Notes under the pieces: model-generated
Seen by the model: the letters and a program-made list of their open reading frames with translations, nothing else
Database searches by the model: none
Told to the model about the DNA's origin: nothing
In this document: positions 55,599 to 64,000 of the stretch, piece by piece
Position numbering within the stretch: position 1 is the first letter of the stretch
How the letters are laid out: the number at the start of each line of letters is the position of its first letter
NCBI GenBank assembly: GCA_012295275.1
Contig: CM022665.1
Coordinates: 38,316,001 to 38,380,000 of the forward strand
Origin: Chrysomallon squamiferum
Taxonomy: Eukaryota; Animalia; Mollusca
Reading direction: 5' to 3'
Length of the DNA: 64,000 bases
Position numbers and translations under genes: made by a program

Positions 55599-58477
55599 AA
55601 AAAAAAAAAAAAAAAAAGAGAAGAAGTTATTGGCAATTTATAAATATTTCAGCGTAGCTCAGTTTCTTTGGCTGCTAGATTGTGAAATAAATAATTATTT
55701 TTCTGAAATACTTATTTCACTTATTTGGTTAGTATACTGATATGTAAAAAAAAAAAAAAAAATTAATAATAAAGACTTTAATACTGTGTGTATTATTGCG
55801 TACAAAACTGAAGAAGAAATGAAAAGATAATTTAAATTTAAATTTCATATTACCACTAACTAAACTTCCTGTTTTACTCAGGATGCTGCTGATTGGTTAA
55901 GCGCTCATCCAATGGTAGTAACAGACCAGATAGGAGTTCTGGGATTTTCGAAAGGTGGACAGTATGGCTTACTCCTGGCTCAACACAATCCGAAGGTAAG
56001 GTTTTAGTTACAGTAATCTTTATTTTTCTTTCCTTCGATGTCTGTCTGTCTCTGTGTCTATATATGTGTGTATATAATACTGTGTTTGTGTGTGTGTATA
56101 TACATGTATGTGTGTGTATGTATGTGTATGTGTATGTGTTTATGTATGTATGTATGTATGTATGTATGAAGGTGTGTGTATATATGCAGGAATTTAGGTG
56201 TGTAGGTGTGTACGTGTGTAGGTATGTATTGTGCGTACGTGCGTATGTGTATATATTTATGTTCATATGCATTCGTCATATGCGCGTGTTTTGAGGATGT
56301 GTATTTCAATGTTCAGTCATTGATAATAAGAATATAAATAGTGACATACATCGTGTCATTGCACGGCTTATTCAGTATGCATATGTTTGATTTGTAGATA
56401 TAATTGTAATTAGAATAGTAGTTGCCATTCGGAAATCTTTTCCAGATCAGAACGAGTAATGAATAATGACATCATATTAAATAATGACAACAAATCTATC
56501 CCAAGACATAACGAGTTTGCAGGTTAAATAATGACATCATAATGATTGAACGGTGACATCATAATAATGTTATAATGACTAAATAATAACATCATAATGA
56601 TTGATAAATGACATCAGTCTAAATAATACTACAATGGTTTCATACTAAATTTTATTATAATGACTAAATAATGAATCGTAACGACTGAATAAGGACATCA
56701 TGACATTATGCTTAATAATGATATTAATGAATAACTACACTACACTGAACACTGACATCATATAATGCATCACACAAAGTGTTTGTTTAAAATTCAGGTT
56801 AAAGCTGTGGTGAACGTATCAGGCGCCCCTTTCTGTATGCTGGAAGATCTTAACTGGCGTGATTCTCCTTTTCATCAAGGCATTTCGTAAGCATGGATAA
56901 AAGTAGTAAAATACTGGGAAAGTTACGTTTACTGTTTAAAGTAAATTTTGGGACATGTTACATTTTACCTTTGAGATAAAAATGGAGGAAAAGGAACATT
57001 TTTTTTTCCAGAGTAAATATTGGAAAATTATATTTATTTGGTGATAAGTAACATTTTTATCTGCCATATTAAATAAATAGGAGAAAAAGTATATCTTATG
57101 AGTGACTATAAAGGAAATAATTATTTTGTTTTATTTAAATTGTGTTTTGTTTGTTTCAGAATAGACTATTCCAAAATAAGGGAGATAATGACTCGTTGTT
57201 TTATTGTGAAAGACTATGTACCAGAGTGGCGACATCATCTCATAAAGGTAATCAAGATATTAAATAATAACTATAAAAGTAAATAATTCGATATGTTAAT
57301 AAATAAATAAATAAATAAATAAATAAGGAAATAAAATAAAATAAAATAAAATAAAATAATCAATAAAGATAATATTAACATAATTACAAATAACAGTAAA
57401 GGTATTTCTGTTATTTCTACTTCTATAATTACTATTACTGCTTTTTCCATTCTACTACTACTATTACTACTACTTGTACCATTATTTGGGCTGTTGCTAC
57501 TATTACTATTACTACTACTACTTCTACTATTCTGCTATTACTATTGCTGCTGCTGCTGCTGCTGTTGTTACCAACACCACAACCACCGTTATATACAATA
57601 ACCATTTTTTGTTATCAGGTTATCAGAAAAATATGCTCAACTGAACTAAATTAACTTTGTTTTAACAGGCTTGGGCAGGTGACGCTAAATGTCTATACAT
57701 CAATGGCGCTGATGATCAGTTTCTCAGTCCGAGCTACGCCAGATACTGGTACGAGTTAATACCAAAAGAAAAGAAATCTAACTTTGAGCTTGTCACGTAT
57801 TCCCGTACTGGACATGTGATAGACGTGCCGAACACGCCAATGTGTCGTATGGCGTTTCACAAGATTTTGAGTAAGTTTGAGACAGTTTGTACACGTACGT
57901 GATTTGAGGAAATATTGTTGATTTCTGAACGACTTATTAAGATACATCCATAATTAAGATTATAATTGTCATTTATATTCGTGTACTTGTGTTTATAAAT
58001 ATAAATATAGATAGATAGATAGATAGATAGATAGGGAGACAGGGAGATAAACAACTACAAATACTTCCAGTACTTGCAAAAATAAAATACCTCAAAAAAT
58101 ATAAAACTCAATATCATCCAAACATCGGAACTCAAACCAAACCAGCAGCAGCAACAACAACAACAACAACAACAACAAAAAAGAACAAGCAAGATAAATG
58201 GTAAAGAGGTCATCAACTGTACATGTATATTATTCAAATAAGGAAAACAGATGAAACAAAACATTTTAAAAAGCACTCGAATTTTATACATTAACAGTCA
58301 TAGCGTCTATATTTAATATTATACTGTAACGGACGTACGAGAAGTTAATTATTTGTGTTTCCATTTCCAGATTTTGCAGTTTTCATGGGCGGATTTAATG
58401 AACCACAAGCAAAGGCCAAAAAAGATTCGTGGCAAAAAATTTTAAACTTTTTCAAAAAGAATTTGAAATATTCCTGA
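50578..58477 (+). CDS. Type I acyl-CoA thioesterase / bile acid-CoA:amino acid N-acyltransferase (ACOT/BAAT/ACNAT) family protein, 447 aa. Exons 50578-50599, 53455-53742, 54359-54622, 55175-55344, 55882-55995, 56798-56886, 57160-57247, 57669-57870, 58371-58477
   Basis: N-domain ITPSDVLIDEKVKIT...GSIDVSIQPSVGGSYKGVAPMGLFWAM; GSLFLPAGPGPF; RSALLASKGYATLSLAY. Catalytic Ser in GVLGFSKGG, Asp in GADDQ, His in YSRTGHVIDVP. Phases are consistent, total 1344 nt. The first small exon is less certain. Confidence 0.9.
56430..56770. repeat. Degenerate minisatellite built on aatgacatcat units
   Basis: TGACATCA at ~56467, 56531, 56554, 56609 and 56753, plus variants. Confidence 0.6.
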
Positions 58478-58663
58478 TAGTGGAAGATTTGAAATAATTT
58501 ATAAACATACTGTAATAAGACAGTCTTAAGATCTAACGGTAATGCGACGAATCGGCTATAACTGATATACATCATTACCGTCAGAACATGCTCTTTAGCA
58601 ATAATGGTCTCAAGAGACTAAACATTAGATATTGTTTCCGTTTTGTGTGTGCGTGCGAATATC

Positions 58664-58697
<34 letters not shown>

Positions 58698-59989
58698 TTT
58701 GTGTGCGCCTACAAACGCGTTATGTATCGGGATAGATGTGATGTCGTTATTTAGAATGATGTCATTATTAGGTTTACAATCTCATTTTCATCTGGGAAAG
58801 ATTTCGATATAATAAATATACTGTTCGTAAGTAAAATGATGTACATTTCAAACCTATGGATATTGAATAAACCGTTAAATTACACTGTGTATATACGTAT
58901 GTACGTTTATACGTATCAACGTATGTATGTAGGTAGGTCCGTTTGTACATACATATTTATGAGTGTAAATTTGTACTTGTGTGTACGTGTGCGTGTGTAT
59001 TTTTGTATCCATCTCTTATTAACGTTTTCTGTTATTATTATTTTTTTTTAAAACTTCTTTTCATTTCTGGTCACAGAACGAAATTCACCATCATGACTAT
59101 TTTCCTATTAGTAATACTCTTTAATCGTAATTCCGGAATCATGGAATCCATAACGAACGAATGGTATTATTTTTGTACTGAAATAATTCACTTATATTTG
59201 AATTATTATTACAGTAAAGATCATTGTTGAAAATGGAATAACCCAATGGGTAATAAATAAAACTATAAAGAAAGTGTGAAAATTCTGATTTACTCAATGC
59301 ACGAAAATCTTATAATCCTTTCGGAATGATTTTGACGCAAATACAAAATTACATCGGCATCAAACATATGTAGGAAAAATAGGTTCACTCCAGTATTAGA
59401 AAAATAATTAAGAAAATTCAGTTAAAAGGTAAGAATCTGCGAATGTGCGTATTAAAAGATGGGTTTAATATTAGAGAAAGAAAGGTGAGGATTGCAGAGA
59501 TTTAGCATAGGCGTTTGCGTTTACGTATAGCGAAACATTTACGCGTGTGCATTTCTGTATAGTTATAGCAATTTTTTGAAACATTATAAAGGGTGAATTT
59601 TGTTTTTATGAATTTCTTTATCTTTGCACAGATTAGTGCAGCTTAAGTTGTATTTTCTTGCATGGTTTTCACATAATGATCGCCAAAGACAGAACCCCTT
59701 ATCTCAAAGAAGCCGTGGTTGAACTTACGTACCGTTGTACCGTTGGGTGAACGAGATTACGATTTCGGGTGCTGAATTCAAACTAATATATGCTTGAAAA
59801 GTAGTAAATTAACATTGTTGATCCGTATATTGCCGTAAGATGTTGTTTTGCTTTTTGCTGAGAAATAGACAAAACATTTATTTGTTCGCAAACGAAAATA
59901 CTGGCCATTCCATACTATACTGTTGCACGTGAAGCAAATAAATAATTGATATGTAACAAAATTTCTTTCAAAAACAATTCTTCTGTAAA

Positions 59990-60495
59990 ATTATATATGA
60001 TGAGAAAATGATCCCATGCTATCTTTGATATGGAAAAGATTACGAATTTTTTCATGAATAAAATTTGCCTGTATTTTTCTTTCAAAATCTAAGGAGAACC
60101 TGATTGATATTGCTCATTTGGCAGCGAATATTGAATACCTTATACTTGTTGACAGTGCTCTTCTTCCAGTACTAGAAGCCAGATGAGACCCGCCAAACCC
60201 CCCCCCGAGGGATCATCTGTTGTGACCCTTTGTATCAGATAATCTCAGTCTGGAGCAAAGGGCTTTCAACAAAGACACGTCTGCTGTTTGGCAGTGTGTA
60301 GAATGGGGGTTTGGCAAAGTAATGCAGCTATTTGCATTTGTGGATTTTAAGAAAAAGTTAGAACTGTTCCTGCAGTATACTGAAATATTACTTTCTGGCC
60401 CATCTCATCACAAACTCGCATCTGTCTGTGTGGGTCACAGACATCATTCTTATTTGGATTGAACCCACCAACACTTTAATATATATTTTCTACAA
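59990..60495 (+). mobile_element. Dead PIF/Harbinger (HARBI1-like DDE) transposase remnant
   Basis: RDHLL*PFVSDNLSLEQRAFNKDTSAVWQCVEWGFGKVMQLFAFVDFKKKLELFLQ, then frameshifted KYYFLAHLITNSH and CLCGSQTSFLFGLNPPTL*. This is the C-terminus of Harbinger transposases including the catalytic E motif (VEWGFG). It has stops, frameshifts and an internal deletion. Confidence 0.85.
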
Positions 60496-60584
60496 GATAC
60501 ACATTTAACAAATGTTTAAGAAATTATGACCAGGTCTCAGTTGGGGATAGGTAATTGTTATATACAAGTCACTTAAAAGTAATT

Positions 60585-62365
60585 CCAGGAAGTTGACTAT
60601 TTTTTATTTTTATTTATTTATTTTTTTAACCATAAAAAAAACTTACTTCATTGTAAACAATCAAGTAAGCAATACTGATGGTAATTTATTAGCAACAGAA
60701 ATACTAAAGAAACAGCAATTCACTCTCATTAATATCAGTGATCAATTATTATTAGAAATTTCAATGATGGAAATAAAAGGCAAAACATTGTCTTTGCATC
60801 TAAGAAAAAAAAAATAATAAAAAGCAGAGAAAAGAAAAAAAATCTTGAAATTTAAAAATCCAAAAAATCTTTGTAATCTAAAAACTGAACAAGAAGTTCA
60901 CAGGAAAGAAAATCTGAAATATGTTTTTATTTGGTCTTGAGCATTATGTGTGTTAATAGACAAAGAAAATACACTATTACAAAATCAAAACTAAGTAATA
61001 GCTTTTTATAAAACATATGCTAATCAAAATACTGATTTTACTAACAAAGATCTAGAGAGAATACTTAGTAACTGTAGAGTAGCCAGACTAAATTATATTA
61101 TGACAAAATCGGTAGAGGGAGAATTTTCTTAGAAAGAAGTTACTAATATTTTAACAATAGTGAATAATTTAATGTCACCAGGAACAGATAGATACAGTGC
61201 TGAATTTATGAAGTTCTTTGGATCTAACACTGAAATTTGTTTGTTTTTTTCTTCACTGCCAAATCCTACACATTCTTTCTTTTAAAAAAGTTCAGTTCAT
61301 TTTGAACAAAATGCACAATGAAATAGCTAGAAAACATTATTTCAGGGTTATCAAAATGGTGTTTTAAGAGGAATAAATGTTAAGTGATTTAATAATGCAT
61401 AAGCAAATAACATGGATCAAAAGTATGTACTTGAATCAATACATGGCCTCTCTTTTGAGTAACTGTTTACAATCTAGAGCTGATATACATAAATCCCTTT
61501 TGGAAAAATGTATTACATACATGGTCAAACAACAGAAAAACGTTAAGTGACTTACTTATGTTGAATTTTGTAAAAAAAAAATAACTTTAGACCACCATTT
61601 ACAGTTTACAATGGTTTGATGTCTGCAGTTAAAAAATGTCGTAAGTTCTCTTTACATACAGACCAAGTAACGTTACAAATATTAGGAATTCCTAACTGTC
61701 TGCAAGAACTGCTTAAAACAAATGTTTTTAAAAAAAATTCTATCAAGATTGTACAATAGAAACTACTTCAAAACATAAATGCAAAAATAAAATTGCAGTG
61801 GCAGCATATTTTTGGTATAGAATTATGTGGCAAATGGTGGAAAAGTATACATCTTCTTCTGTTCAAACTAACTACAGACACTGGGCTTAGATTATTTCAG
61901 CACAAGATCTTATTAGTTATCTTAATAACAAATAAGCATTTGGTATTATATTGTATAAAAGTATCAGATAAATGTCAATTCTGACATGTGTTTATGAAGA
62001 TTTAATACACATTGTTTTTGATTATGTAAACATGTTCAGACATTCTGGAACACTGTTACAACCTGGATATTTTTTTAGAACAGAAGTGAGATTTGAAATA
62101 AATGCACAAAAAAGATTATATAATCAATTTAATACTGCTAATTGCTATATAAATCAAAATACAAACAACAGCAACTAATTTTAACTGGATACCGAAATGT
62201 TCTGAACATATATTATTATACAAATAAATATATTTGTAAGACAAGTAACAGAACAATTAAATTTGAAAACAATATGGAATATTTGGACATAACCATATAT
62301 AAGTCATACTATACATTATACTGTATATTCTGTGGCAAAAAAAAATAATAAAATAAAACAAAAAT
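60585..62365 (+). mobile_element. Decayed, internally deleted Tx1/L1-clade non-LTR retrotransposon (ORF2 fragments)
   Basis: Collinear ORF2 motifs: LLEISMMEIKGKT, RKENLKYVFIWS*A, EGEFS*KEV...SPGTDRYSAEFMKFF, and zf-RVT-like TDTGLRLFQHKILLVILITNKHL...SDKCQF / EDLIHIVFD. A-rich 3' end at ~62337-62365. Confidence 0.8.
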
Positions 62366-62377
62366 ACTTTATTTATA

Positions 62378-63759
62378 TTATTTCAAATCATATTTTTGCA
62401 TTAAACTAAGCAGAGCATCTGTCATTTTCCCTAATCTGTCAAATATTTGTGTTCTTTCTTCTCTCTCTTCATTCCTCCTCTTTTCTTCTATCCTAAATCT
62501 ATTTTGTTGCTCAGCCTGCAGCAGCTCAATTCTCATTCTTTCATTTTTCACCTCTGCTTTTCTAATTTCCAGCTCCTCCTGTCTCAATTTAAATTCATTT
62601 TCTCTCCAAGCTGCCTCCATGTTAACTTTTGCTTCTAGGTGGGACAACAGCTTAACTGGAAATTAGAAACGAAACAAAGTAAATTTTCCATTGTTATCAA
62701 ACATATTCAAATGAAGTATAGATTTAATATTCAAATGTGTGTAAATTAATCTAGAATTTGTTCCTGTAAGAAAAGCTGAACTGAAATAGATATCAAGGTG
62801 TGCATTAAATACAAGTCTTTCTTCATGCATTTAGTCATCTGAACAAAGCACTAAGAAACAGAAAAGATACTGTTATTACAAAGAAGATTTCATGTTGAGA
62901 TGACAACTGAATGAGATTTGGTTTTGTTGTGTCTAATAACTTGTGATCATTTCTACATCTGTGTCAACTGTCATCTTTCACAGTTTATAAACAGGTAGTT
63001 TCATCTCAAGCAATGGATATTACATCACCACCCCCAACACACACACACACACACACTCTCACTCACTTGCACTAGTTTCTGCCAATGCCACAGGTGTTGG
63101 TGGCTCCTGCAACAAGCAGCCATCATCTGTGTCTTCAGGTGTGTTGTCAGCAGCTGGCAGTGGGTGGTTTTCTGTGTCAGGCTCCTCTTTCACAGGGATT
63201 CTGATTTGGTCAAAGAGGACCCTGGGCTGTACTGGAGTGATCTGCTCCTTTATTTGTTGCCCTGGCTCGTAATGCAGCTTTGCAGACTTTTTTCTCATTT
63301 TAGAAGCAGAGCTGCATATGCTCCTCTTCCTGCCAGTGAGCTGTTTTGGTGCATTTGACCATTCCCTTTCAAGGTCACTAACTTCCTGCATCAATTTCTC
63401 CCTCTCCTCATACTGTTCTTCTGTCCCTGACCTGAATGGGAATGTAAACAATTGACTTAAAAATGGTTTTTTTTCTTCTTCACACTGCAAACATAGCACT
63501 ACACCGACATCAACCCAATTTAAAACCTGACAGCTGTAACACAGCAATCTAAATGTAACTAATAAATACACATTGTATTGGTAGTAATAGGTTCAACCAT
63601 AATATCCCAAACTAAGAACTGATGAACCTTTATTATCATGCCATATTCATACTTTACCTTCTAAGGCTAGCCACTTGTTGTTGACGGGAAATCTTTATCA
63701 GTCTCTCTACCCTGTCCTGGATGGTTCTTTTCTCTACACTGTTGAAGTAGAAGTTTGTA
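62378..63759 (-). CDS. Harbinger-associated Myb/SANT-like protein with C-terminal coiled coil, 5'-partial. Exons 63759-63658, 63431-63067, 62655-62378 (possible further exon ~63899-63819)
   Basis: Spliced in frame: NSVEKRTIQDRVERLIKISRQQQVASLRR|SGTEEQYEEREKLMQEVSDLE...|KLLSHLEAKVNMEAAWRENEFKLRQEELEIRKAE...LLSLMQKYDLK*. Canonical GT-AG introns with matching phases 2 and 1. The layout is typical of the Harbinger second ORF, convergent with the transposase. Confidence 0.75.
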
Positions 63760-64000
63760 CTGAAAAGAAGAGCATAAAATTTATTTGGCTTTCTACCACT
63801 GTAAAAGTAGGAACTTACCCACATGCTGTGTTAATATACATGAACGAGCTATTGCTAATGCAACTGGAATCTGACCATACCATCATATTGGAAGTATATC
63901 TTGTTGGAAGAGAAATTAACACCAGTTCGTTTTATTTAAATAAAACCCATATTACTTGTTGGCAACTGTAAATTACTGTATGGTTTTTCTAATCCATTAA

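Noticed and set aside
55874-56309. 130-aa ORFs on both strands
   Set aside because: Derived from (TG/TA)n low-complexity intron sequence.

Overview
AT-rich eukaryotic genomic DNA with spliceosomal GT-AG introns, many microsatellites and visible CpG-poor versus CpG-rich domains; it looks like a marine invertebrate, probably a gastropod mollusc (inference). Splice phases were checked by hand. Left to right: (1) the 5' end of an atlastin gene (- strand) with three phase-compatible candidate first coding exons; (2) divergently, a 17-coding-exon ZNF541/TRERF1/MIDEAS-family gene (six C2H2 fingers, ELM2-SANT, large polyQ exon) with an apparent 1-nt frameshift near 17920 and a probable ~8.5 kb 3'UTR; (3) a C19orf47 orthologue with five xxRLG motifs; (4) a single-coding-exon CARD + coiled-coil gene; (5) a 9-exon acyl-CoA thioesterase/BAAT-family gene; (6) a Harbinger-type unit: a dead DDE transposase, a nested decayed Tx1/L1 LINE, and an intact spliced Myb/SANT-like partner gene running off the right edge. 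Several MITEs and SINE fragments are also present. No database searches were run; family assignments rest on recognised motifs.
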